DNA of 64,000 bases from Azolla caroliniana (taxonomy: Eukaryota; Plantae; Polypodiophyta): assembly GCA_043228905.1 (NCBI GenBank), contig JBHGNT010000010.1, positions 8,432,001 to 8,496,000 on the forward strand. The letters are read 5' to 3'. Shown piece by piece: positions 40,383 through 52,499 of this stretch (position 1 is its first letter; every line of letters starts with the position of its first letter). Under the pieces are notes generated by a model. It was given only the letters and a program-made list of their open reading frames with translations, was not told the DNA's origin and did not search any database. The translations under genes were made by a program, and so were the position numbers.

Positions 40383-41682
40383 TGATTAATTATAGGGAAG
40401 AGAGTGGTGAGAGGGGAACTTAGAAAAAGGAAGAGGGGAAACTTAAAAGAGAAAAGGGAGAGTGAGAGAGAGGAGTGATTAGACATAGGGAAGAGAGTGG
40501 AGAGATGAGAACTTAGAAAAGAAGAAAGGGAAAGAGAGAGAGAGAGAGAGAGAGAGGAGTGATTAGACATAGAGAAGAGAGTGGAGAGAGGGTGGGGAAC
40601 AGTGTTGGGCAAAGTTTTTAACCCCTACTGGAAATTTTCCTGCTGCTTATGATCGTAATCGGAAATGAAAAATTTTACCCGGCCACTTTCCTATGAGTGA
40701 TAATGTCAACTGTAACATGTTAAAATTTTTTTTACCACATACCAAAAAACAATTTAGCACAAGATGAGGTAGCAACATAGATATAGTACATTCTATGGAG
40801 GTTGTGGAGTCGGCCCTCTAGAATGGTACTTGCGATTTCCCTCATGAGTTAGAAAATAAAGAAAAAAAATATTGAACATTAAAAAAAAGTGACCTCACCC
40901 TATATAAAAATTTTAGAAAATTGAAAGTAGCTCAAGAATTAACATTGCACTACAAGTAATCTATATCACTAACCTATGAATGATTAGTAGTAAAAACATT
41001 TGTAAAATGGCGCATAATCATGATTTGAGATTACATTATTAGTCATTGTTTTAACATAAAATCTATATGCCACATAACCGTAATATGGGAAGATGGAATA
41101 TGAATCAAAGACTTGTGAGTCAATTCATGCTCTTTTCTTCTCAAATTATTGATGTTGGTTTGAGACCCAATTCTGATTAGATCTCCAGGTCTATGTTGGG
41201 CATAACTATGATCACGTTTATGTATTTTGTAAAACCAACCACATAACTATAATCAGTGTTGTGATCAGTCATTGTTCGGTTCACAGAAAAGGAAAGGGAT
41301 GCACTAATAACTTTGGGTCCACTAAAAGTCAAGAAGCATACAAGAGTCGATCAATTAGAATCGAACTGCTTCCTATGGGAAATGGCATGATTCTTGGCTC
41401 CACACATATTGTTGATCATGTAGGCAATTCTTCTCTCTCTCTCTCTCTCTCTCTCAGATTGGCCTCTTTATGGACGATAAAACTTCTAATTCTAATTCTA
41501 ATTAAGAAGACAAGGCATTGGGATGCAGTGGCTTCCAGAGTACGAGAAGAATCCAATGGAAAAGACGATCAAGTTCACTGAAGATGAATCAAGTATTCAT
41601 ACCCATCTCTTCTTCTTTGGTGAAGTTGGGGGCTGGATGATCAGGTTTATCATTTGGAATTGTAATAATTTATGACATCTAC

Positions 41683-41683
<1 letters not shown>

Positions 41684-41733
<50 letters not shown>
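41684..41733. repeat. (TCA)n microsatellite
   Basis: About 16 perfect units. Confidence 0.95.
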
Positions 41734-41909
41734 TTGGCCGTGTTGTCGTATTATTGGGTCAAACATTCCTTTCTGTTTCCTCACAAAACCACTCCACCAA
41801 AGATGAATGGACAAACTACATGAAGAAGAAGATCAATCTGGATCTTGATGATGCACCTATGTTCAATGAAAGTTGGAAGATTGAAGCCTCCCCAAGCACT
41901 ATTGAAGTG

Positions 41910-44900
41910 TGTTGAGCGACAAGCTCAACCGGATCCGGATCGGTTAAATAAGCCTGAGCCGGATCGGCATCCAAAAGGATGAGCCGGATCGGTGAGCCGG
42001 TGAACTGGGGAGCCGGTTAGCTGGGGAGCCGGTTAGCTGGATCAAGCAGTAACCGGAAGCCAAGTAGCAGCTGGTCTACTAGGGAGTTAATATCTCGTAG
42101 TTAGTGTCAGATGCTTGTGTGAGCATTGAAGTACACCGTACTTTTGTCAGTCCGTATGGACTTGTATAAAAGTGTTCATTGAACATATATGATGTACAGA
42201 CTGAGTAGTATTTTTGGAATTAAGTTTCTGTGTGCTCTCTCTCTGTCTCTCCTGCGTACTGTTAAGCTCTCCATTAAACCTGTTTTCTGTTTTCTATTGC
42301 TTCCGCACGCTATTTGTTTTTACATGGTATCAGAGTGCGAGGGTTGAGAACCTCTACAACCGACATTCTCTTTCGCAAGACAAACCCTACAGCTTGTGAG
42401 AACAGAACAGTAGACAAAAAGAAAAAATGGACAGAGGAATGGCTAGCTCGCTCCCGGTGGAGAAGCTCGACAGAACCAACTACGCATCTTGGTCTTACAA
42501 GATGCACCAATACCTGCTTGGGCATGGGTACTGGAGCTATGTCGACGGAGCTAACGACACAGCACCTGATGCGACACAAGGACTTCCCAGTGTGGGAACA
42601 AGCGGCAAGTAGAGTGATGTACTGCTTCGTGTCTAGTGTTGGAGACCAGCTGCTAAGCCATATCCGAGATGCCAAGACGCCAAAAGAAGCTTGGGGAAAC
42701 CTGAAGAAGGTTTTCGCCGCAAGCACAACGGCCAGGAAGCTGCAGCTCAGGCAAAAGCTCAACAATGTCCGACAGAAAAACCTGTCTGTGGCCGATTACA
42801 CGACCCGAATCAAGGAAATTTGTGACTCACTCGCCTCCGTCAATGTAAACGTCGAGGAGGACGAGATGGTGCAAGTGTGCCTTGGTGGGCTAGCGTCTAG
42901 GTTCGGAGCTTTCCGAACGGCGGTCTGTATGAGGGAGAATACGTCGTCATTTTTCGACTTACTGTCGATGCTCCTTGTAGAGGAGAACCACGCCGGTGCG
43001 TCAACAAGTGCACCCACCGATAGTCGGATGCTGTACACGGAGGTGGATTGGCCTCGTGGGCGTGGTGGATGAAGCGGGTCGTCTAGCAATGGTAGCGGCC
43101 GGCAAGAGCAGGACCGAAGGCACACAGAGCGTGCCGACAACAGTTCTAGGACCTCCACAACCAGGGGGAGTCAAGGTGGCGCCGGAGGCCCACAAGACAA
43201 ATCCGCCACGGAATGTTGGTACTGTGGCAAAAAGGGCCATAGAGAAAGTGAGTGCTGGAAGAAGCGCGCCGATTCGGACAGATCTGGATCCGGCAAAACC
43301 GGTCGAGAGAACCGGCAAAGCTTGCACTACGCGCAAGGATCAAGAGGATCCAGAACTGGGAAGACCGGTAAGGGGCCAGCCTTGGTGATGAAGCACCAGG
43401 CAAATTCGATGAAGAAGACCACTTCCAAATCGGAGGAAGTGTGGTACATTGATTCCGGTGCATCAAATCACATGACGAACCACAAAGAGTGGTTCTTCTT
43501 CCTAGAGAAACCGGAACAATTGGGAGTTGTCAAAACCGGAGACGACACTCCTCACCCAATCGTGCATGTCGGAGAAGTACCTTTGAGCCATGTCGGATAG
43601 AGGGGGAAGCTGAAGAACATATTACACGTTCCGACTATCACGAAGAACCTGGTGTCGGTCGGATAGATCGTCGACCAGGGAATGCAGGTGCGGTTTACGC
43701 ACCTCGGGTGCTTCATCGAGGAAGAGGGCCAAATCATTGCGCAAGGGCGCAGAGACGGGAGGATGTTCATCCTCGACACCAATGACGTCGACACCGCTTT
43801 GTTCGCCAAAGGACAAAAGATTGAATCGAACATCGATCTCTGACACAAGCGGATCGGCTACGTCAATTACCGGAGGCTTCAAGATCAGCAAATGAAACAA
43901 GTTGTTTTTGGTTTGCCGAAGTTCAGTGGCCGAAAGTCCCAAGTATGTGAAGCCTGGCAACTCGGGAAGCAACACCAGCTTCCAGTCCCCACCGAACGAA
44001 ATCATAGCAGTAACAAGCTCGACCTTATTCATTTGGATGTATGGGGACCGGCACAGAACGTGAGTCTTGGCGGGAGTCGATATTTCATCTCCTTCATCGA
44101 TGACTACAACCGACACACATGGATCTACCTCATTGAGCGGAAGAGCGAAGTCTTTGACTGTTTCCGGAACCTCCAAAGCATGGTGGAACGGGAATCAGAG
44201 AGGAAGATCAAGTGCCTGCGGTCAGATGGCAGAAAACAATATTTTTCCGGACAATTCAACAGTTATCTGCAACAAACAGGAATTCGGAGAGAGTTCAGCT
44301 GCAAATACACGCTGGAGAAAAACGGTGTGGCTGAAAGGAAGAACCGGTCGCTTGACGACGCGACAAGGGCAATGTTGGAAGAGAAGAGCATGCCCCATTT
44401 CTACTGGGTGGAGGTGGTTCGGACGACCGTCTACATCCAAAACCGGATCGGTGACAAGGTGTCAGCTCACGAGTTGTATTTCGGGCGCAAGACGAATTTG
44501 AGACACCTTCAAATATTCGGCAGCATAGCATATGTGCATGTGCCTGATGAGAAGTGAAGGAAGCTGGATGCAAAATCGGAGAAGTGTATCCTCGTCGACT
44601 ACTCAGGTCCGAGTTAGCCGCGATGTTGAGTTTGATGAGACAGCATCGTGGTATGCCTTATTGGCTCCGACTTCCCACCCCGACCTAATATCGGAGGATG
44701 AGGCTAGTGAGCCTGAACCGGTCCAGCTAGAAGATGATGAATCTAGGACTCAAGAAGAGAGTCCGGAATTGTTTTGGTTGAGTGGGCTGAACGAGACACT
44801 GGGTCAATCCGACCAGTCAGAAGACGAACCAACGAGTAGTGAAGACGTGTCGTGCTCTACCCGCGCAAGGAACCGAGGAGACGGTTCATGCACAAAGAGA

Positions 44901-47900
44901 AGGGGAATAAGAAGATGCCGGATTATGAAACCGGTAATGATGAGTCGGATCAGAGCGGATCCAACTCCGGAAATGAAAATGATGGTCCTTCGGCACTGAA
45001 GACTGAACCGGCCAAGAAGGGCCTCAAATCGGGTAACGGTGGGTTACGCCAGTCAACCTGATAGAAGGAACCTGTTAAGCGGTACGGGTACAATGAGTAC
45101 ATGGCGCATCACTATGTGTACATGACCAAGGTGGCGGAAGTGCGTGAGCCGGAGAGCTATGCAAAAGCGGCAAGGGACGCAAATTGGCGTGCTGCTATGG
45201 AGGAAGAGATGCGGGCACTTGATGCCAACGATACATGGGCCTTGATTGACCCTCCCCGTCACTGTAAACCGATCGGATGCAAGTGGGTGTACAAGGTAAA
45301 GTACAACGCTCACGGTTTAGTTAACCGGTACAAGGCCCGGTTAGTGGCGAAGGTATACGCGCAGACCCATGGAATGGACTACGACGAGACCTTCGCTCCG
45401 ATAGCAAAGATGACGATGGTTCGGGTAGTGCTAGCGGTTGCTGCGGCAAGGGAGTGGCATCTTCACCAGATGGATGTGAAGAATGCATTTCTTCAAGGCG
45501 ATCTAGAAGAAGAGGTCTTTATGACCCAACCTCCTAGTTTTTAGTCGGAGATGAACAAGTCGGCTGTATGCCGGCTGAAGAAGTCACTTTATGGCCTGAA
45601 GCGAGCCCCTCGAGCTTGGAATGCGAATGTCACACACCGGTTGCGTAAGATGGGGTTTGCGGCCTCCAAATCTAACACTTCGTTGTTCATCCGACGAGGT
45701 TTGGATGGTCCAGTATGCATCTTGTTGTATGTTGATGATCTAGTCATCACCGGCCCCGGACTTGATACCATGTAAAAAGTAACGTGCGGAAGCAAGTGTG
45801 AAGACCGAACAGGAGGAAGAAAACTCAGGTTCAATGGAGAGCTTGAGCTTACGCAGTATACGCGGGAGAGACAGAGAGAGTGACAGAGACTGAGAGAAAA
45901 CACACGAACTATATTCAACAAAAACAAAACAATCTCTATTCACCACACGCTAAACATATGTGTGTTCAATGAACACTTTTATACAAGTCCTAGAAGGACT
46001 GACCGAAGTACTGACAGTACTTCAATACTCATTAAGAGCTCCTACACTAACTCCCAAATATATTCCTCACGGAATATCTTTCCTAACGGCCTCCCGGTTT
46101 ACGCACCGATCCGGTCCTCGGCTTCTTCAGCCGATCCGGTCGATGTTGAGCTTGTCTTTCAACACTCCCCCTCAAGCTCAACTTGAGGCTCTTCGGGATG
46201 TTTGGGCTTACAACTCTGGTTCCTCCTGGCTTCACGCCTCGCTCGCGCTCCAAGGCCTGTTTCACTCCGCGCCCTTCGACCCTTCCGGTCGGCTTGTCTG
46301 CTCATGTGGCCCTTATCAGCTCTTCTGCTGTTGCGGTGTTGACGCTTCTCCTGCTGCCTTTTCTTCCGCTTGGGCCTCGGTTGATTTAGCGTATCTGAAT
46401 TAAACATCCGAACCGACTCGGCTACCTTCGATCGGTTTTTGCTCTCGTCCGAGTTGGCTGTCTCCAACTCGTCTTCGGTCTTCTCGCCCTCGGTGGCGTC
46501 ATCTTCCCCATGCGTGGTTGGCTTCGGCTCTCTCCTTCGGTTGCTCCCCTTCTGTCCGGTTCCGGACTTTTCCGCGGGTCCGCCCTCGGCTTCTTCAACC
46601 GATCCAAAGTCGAACTTGACAACCAACTCGGTGTCGCGGTCTCTGCTCCTTTCGTGCTGCCTTGCTTGGTCATTTGGGACTGTTCTCCCCCTCAAGTTTG
46701 GCACGTCGAGGTGACGCAATCCGAGCGCACCTGAGAATTGCCGCAACTTGTTCAGACCAAGAGGCTTGGTGAAGATGTCGGCAGTCTGCCGATCCGTCGG
46801 AACGTATTGAAGTTCGACTTCACCGGAAAGGACACGCTCACGGACGAAACGGTAGTGCACCTCAATGTGCTTGGTCCGTGCGTGGAAAATGGGGTTTTTC
46901 GCGAGCTAGATGCTGCTGAGGTTGTCGCAGTAGATCGTCGTCAGATCTGACACCTCCTCTTGCAGGTCCCTAAGTAGCCGCTTCAACCATATTGCTTCGC
47001 ATGTCGCGACAACTGCTCCTCGGTACTCAACTTCGGTGCTCGACAGTGCAACTGTCGGCTGCTTCTTACTGCTCCACGCGATCGCGGCACTCCCGAGGGA
47101 GAACGCGTATCCGGACGTGGATCGGCGATCGGCGGCGTTGCCAACCCAATCAACATCGGTGTAGCCGACTAACTGCGCGGTTGCACCGGTCCGATATAGC
47201 AGTCCCTGGTCCTTAGTGCCGTTGACATACCGAAGTATGCGTTGCGCACACTGGAGGTGCTCCTCGGTAGGTCGCGCCATGAATTGACTGATCACTCCGA
47301 ACGGATATTTGAGGTCGGGTCGGGTGATGGTCAAGTATATGAGGCTTCCGACAATTTGTTGGAAACTCGTCGGGTCGCATACCTTTCCCGTATTGGGACG
47401 AAGCTTGACGGTTCTATCCAGAGGAGTCGAGACGGACTTACAGTCGGCCATTCCAAATTTGAAGAGCATACTCAGCATGTAATGACGTTGGCTGATCAAT
47501 ATGCCTTCGGGGGTACGGATCACTTCGATCCCGAGGAAGTAATGAAGGTCCCCCAGATCCTTCATGTCGAACGATGCCGCAAGCTGGATCTTCACGCGGT
47601 CGATTTCACCTAGGTCGGCGCCGGTGATGACTAAGTCATCAACATATAGTAAAATACTAACCGGTCCGAGTCGACCTTTCCGTATGAACAGGGAAGAGTC
47701 CGATTTTGACGTGACGAAGCCCATCCGACGCAGTTGTTGCGTGATCTTCGCGTTCTAGGCACGCGGGGCTTGCTTCAGTCCGTAAAGGGACTTCTTCAGT
47801 CAGCATACTGCCGAGGAGTTTGTTCCGGAGTGAAATCCGGGGGGTTGTACCATGTACACCTGTTCCTCAAGGTCACCTTGCAGGAATGCATTCTTTACAT

Positions 47901-50900
47901 CAATCTGATGTAAGTGCCACCCCTTCACCGCAGCTACTGCGAGAAAAACATGGGCAATCGTCATTTTCGCGACCGGCGCAAACGTCTCATCGTAGTCGAT
48001 GCCGTGTTTTTGCGCGTAGCCCTTTGCCACTAGCCGAGCCTTGTACCGGTTGACCGAGCCATCGGTGTTGTACTTGACCTTCTACACCCACCTACACCCG
48101 ATTGGTTTTACCCCTCTTGGTGCGTCAACTAGGTCCTAGGTCTCGTTCTCCGCCAATGCGTGCATCTTTTCCTCCATCGCGGCACACCAATTCGCGTCTT
48201 TAGCCGCTTCTGCGTAGCTCTCCGGCTCACGCACTTCCGCTACACGGGTCATGTACGCATAATGATACGCCATGTACTCGTTGTATCCGAACCGCAAAAC
48301 AGGATTCTTCTGGCGGGTAGATCGGCATAATCTAACATTAGCTGATGTCGAGGCGTTCTCGGTCGATGCGGTCTTCACCTTTAAAGACTCGTCACTGGTT
48401 CCCTCGGAGTCGGACTCGCGTCGGTCTGACTTGTTCTTATCCGTGCCGGAATCTGACACCTTCTTCTTCCCTTTCTCTTTGCACGTAAGCCGTCTCGTCG
48501 GCTTCCTGCGCGGGGAATGCACGGCCGAGTCTCCACTACTCGTCGGCTCTTCATCGGACTGATCGTACCGACTCAATCGTCCAATCAGTCCACTTAAACG
48601 GAGTGAAATCGGACTCTCTTCGCGGGTCTCGATTTCGGGCTCATCGGGAGGCATCTCGGCCTCACTGACCTCATCGTCAGAACTCGGATTGGAGTCGGGG
48701 TTCGGAGTCGGGGGCTGGTACCAGGACGCGGACTTGTCAACCACAACGTCGCGGCTAACACGCGCTTGTTTGGTGCGAGGGTTATAGCACTTATAACCCT
48801 TCTGCTCGTCCGAGTAACAGACCAAGATGCATTTCTCGGCCTTTGCGTCCAACTTCCTCCTTTTCTCCTTCGGTACATGCACATACGCAATGCTACCGAA
48901 CACCCTCAAGTGTCGCAAGTTCGGCTTCGTTTCGAAATATAGCTCGTGCGCCGACACTTTGTCTCCGATCCGGTTCTGGATGTATACCGCGGTCCTTACC
49001 GCCTCAACCCAGTAGAACTTGGGCAAGCTCTTCTCCTCCAGCATTGCCCGTGTCGCTTCCACAACTGACCGATTCTTCCTCTCGGCCACGCCGTTCTGCT
49101 CCGAGGTGTATCTACAACTGAATTCGCGGCGAATTCCCATTTGTTGTAGGTAACCGTTGAATTGACCGGAAAAGTACTCTTTCCCACCATCCGACCGCAG
49201 GCACTTGATCTTTGAGGTCGTCTCCAGTTGCGACTACTCCAGGTTGTATCGGTTTTTCAAGGTACGAGAACCACTCCTTATGGCTCATCATGTGGTTTGA
49301 CGTGCCGGAGTCTACGTACCACACCTCGTCCGATCTCACGGTGGTCTGTTTCATTGAGTTTGCTTCGTGTCTCGTCACTAAGGCAGACCCTTCTCCGGCT
49401 CTCCCGGAGTCTTCGGCGTAGTGCGATCGCTGCCGATTTCCCTTGTCGGTATGTCCGAAGCCATTTCCGGAACCGGTTCTCTCCGAATCGGCGCGCTTCT
49501 TCTAGCACTCACTTTCCCTGTGGCCTTTCTTGCCACAGTACCAGCACTCCGCAATGGCCTTCCCTTGCTGGTTCTCATCGCTTCGACTCCCCCTGTTTTT
49601 GGAGGGTCCGGAGTTGCTATCGGCATCACTTCGGTGCCTTCTTCCTTGATCTCGTCGGCCGCCTCCATTGCGCGCTGACTCGCCTCGTCCTCCACATCCA
49701 CGGGGCCTATCTCCCTCCGTGTACAACATTCTCCTGTGGGTATGCGTCCTTGTAGATGCACCCGCGTGGTTCTCCTCTACCAGGAGCATTGACTGTAAGT
49801 CGAAAAAGGACGGCGTATTCTCCCGGGTACACACAGCCGTTCGGAACGCTCCGAACTTCGACGCCAATCCTCCGAGATAGATCTGGACCATCTCGCTCTC
49901 CTCGATGTTCACCTCTATGGAGGCGAGGGAGTCTTTGCATCCCGAACATAGCTCAATAGTTGTTCGCCCACACACGACGCGAAGCAGTATAATACCCTGC
50001 TCGCCGATTGCTCCCACGACGGGAAGTCTCTGTGTGTTGATTCGGGTGGTGCGTCATTAGCTCCTTCGACATAACTCCAGTAGCCGTGCCCGAGCAAGTA
50101 CTGGTGCATCTTGTAGGACCAAGACGCGTAGTTGGTTCTGTCGAGCTTCTCTGTTGGAAGTGAGCTCGCCATGCCTCTATCCATCGTTCTTCTTGTTCTT
50201 CTTCGTCAAGCTGTGTCGGCTGCAGAGACGTTCTCAACCCTCGCGCTCTGATACCATGTAAAAAGTAACGTGCGGAAGCAAGTGTGAAGACCGAACAGGA
50301 GGAAGAAAACTCAGGTTCAATGGAGAGCTTGAGCTTACGCAGTATACGCGAGAGAGACAGAGAGAGTGAGAGAGAGAGAGAGAAAACACACGAACTATAT
50401 TCAACAGAAACAAAACAATGTCTATTCACCACACTCTATACATGTGTGTTCAATGAACACTTTTATACAAGTCCTAGAAGGACTGACCGAAGTATTGACA
50501 GTACTTCAATACTCATTAAGAGCTCCTACACTAACTCCCAAATATATTCCTCACGGAATATCTTTCCTAATGACCTCCCGGTTTACGCACCGATCCAGCC
50601 CAACGCACCGGTCTACGTACCGGTTTACGCATTCAGCCTAACCGATCGGTCCCAACCGATCCGGTCCTCGGCTTCTTCAGCCGATCCGGCCGATGTTGAG
50701 CTTGTCTCTCAACAGTGTTGAATATGCTATACAAGTTCGGCATGACGTAGTGCCGCCCTATTTCTAACCCGTGGAACGGAACCAGAAGCTCTGTCCCAAC
50801 TCCGGACTGGCCTGAGATGAGAAAAGGTTCCGGCAAATTGTCGGAAGCCTTATGTATTTGACCATCATCCGACCCGACATCAGCTATCCAGTCAGTGTTA

Positions 50901-52499
50901 TTAGGCAATTCATGCAGAAGCCGACCGTCGAGCATCTTCAGTGCGTGCACCGAATACTGCGGTATGTGAGCGGCACGAAGGACTGGGGACTGTTATACCG
51001 GCGAGGTATAACCGAAGAGCTAGTCGGTTACACTGATGCCGACTGGGCCGGCGATGCATTAGATCGCCGATCAACTTCCGGTTACATGTTTTCCCTAGGT
51101 ATCACGGCTGTTGCGTGGAGCAACAAAAAACAACCAACAGTGGCTCCGTCGAGCACTAAGGCTGAGTATCGGGGCGCTACCATCGCCACCTGTGAAGCCA
51201 TTTGGCTTCGGCGACTGTTGCAAGACTTGCGGATCGAGGTGCCGACCCCGATCCTGAATTACTGCGACAACATAAGCAACATGCAGCTCGCCAAGAACCC
51301 CATATTCCATGCTCGCACAAAGCACATCGAAGTGCACTACCACTTCATGCGTGAGCGTGTCTTGAGCGGTGAAGTCGAACTTCGGTATGTTCATACGGAT
51401 CGGCAAGTTGCCGACATCTTCACCAAACCGCTCGGATCAGACAAGTTGCAGCACTTCACCGAAATGCTTGGTGTTCAGCATCTCGACGTGCCACACTTGA
51501 GGGGGAGAACAGGCAAAGACATCGGAACGGGCAAAGGCAAAGAGACTGTCAATTGCGCCGGTGAGGGAAGAACCGACAAAGGGGGAGACAAGAAGAAGAA
51601 AGGAGCCGAGTCAACAAAGGTAGTTGACACATCCGAACAAGTCGGAACAAGCGACAATGGAGGCAGAGTCAAGAAGGACAGAATCGACCGGAAGAAGAAG
51701 GCCAAGACCCAGACATGGTCCGATGTGGTGAAGGGCCTGGAACCAGAAGAAGAATCGGGAGCGACCGATTCGGACAAGAGATGGAATGAATCGGAGACAA
51801 CCAATTTGGTTCTATAGAAGGATTCGGAAGAACCAGATCAATTCAAGGCCAAGAGAACGAGAGGGCAGCAAAAGTCAACGCCAATACAAAGGAATCGGTG
51901 GGACGACAAACACCGAAGTTAGAACAACGAGGGAGCTGATTTGGACCTGTTGAGCAGACAAGCAGACCGAGGAGGTCAAGATGTGCAGAAACAAAAGGGT
52001 CACGGCAAACGGGACCGGACCGGACGGGGAGCGCGAGCGAGGCGGAGTGACGCCAGAAGGAGCCAGGTGGAAGGACCAACTGCCATAGAGACTGACACTA
52101 TGATCCGACCTCAAATTGAGCTTGAGGGGGAGTGTTGAGCGGCAAGCTCAACCGGATCCGGATCGGCTGAATAAGCTTGAGCCGGATCGGTGAGCCGGTG
52201 AGCTAGGGAGCCGGTTAGCTAGATCAAGCAGTAACCAAAAGCCAAGTAACATCTAGTCTACTAGGGAGTTAATATCTCGTAGTTAGTGTCAGACACCCGT
52301 GTGAGCATTGAAGTACACTGTACTTTTGTCAGTCTGTATGGACTTGTATAAAAGTGTTCATTGAACATATATGATGTACAAACTGAGTAGTATTTTTGGA
52401 ATTAAGTTTCTGTGTGCTCTCTCTCTGTCTCTCCCGCGTACTGTTAAGCTCTCCATTAAACCTGTTTTCTATTGCTTCCGCACGCTATTTGGTTTTACA
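41910..52499 (+). mobile_element. Ty1/copia element C, degenerate, hosting copia D
   Basis: LTRs 41910-42324 and 52133-52499; TSD AAGTG at 41905-41909 and 52500-52504; PBS TGGTATCAGAG at 42325; PPT before 52133; gag, WYIDSGAS, INT, LYVDDL, RH. Confidence 0.95.
45771..50714 (-). mobile_element. Ty1/copia element D, internally deleted, inserted in the RT of C
   Basis: LTRs 45771-46164 and 50257-50714; PBS ending at 50256; PPT at 46165-46174; deletions in gag (~49935) and between PR and INT (~49213); no TSD. Confidence 0.93.
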
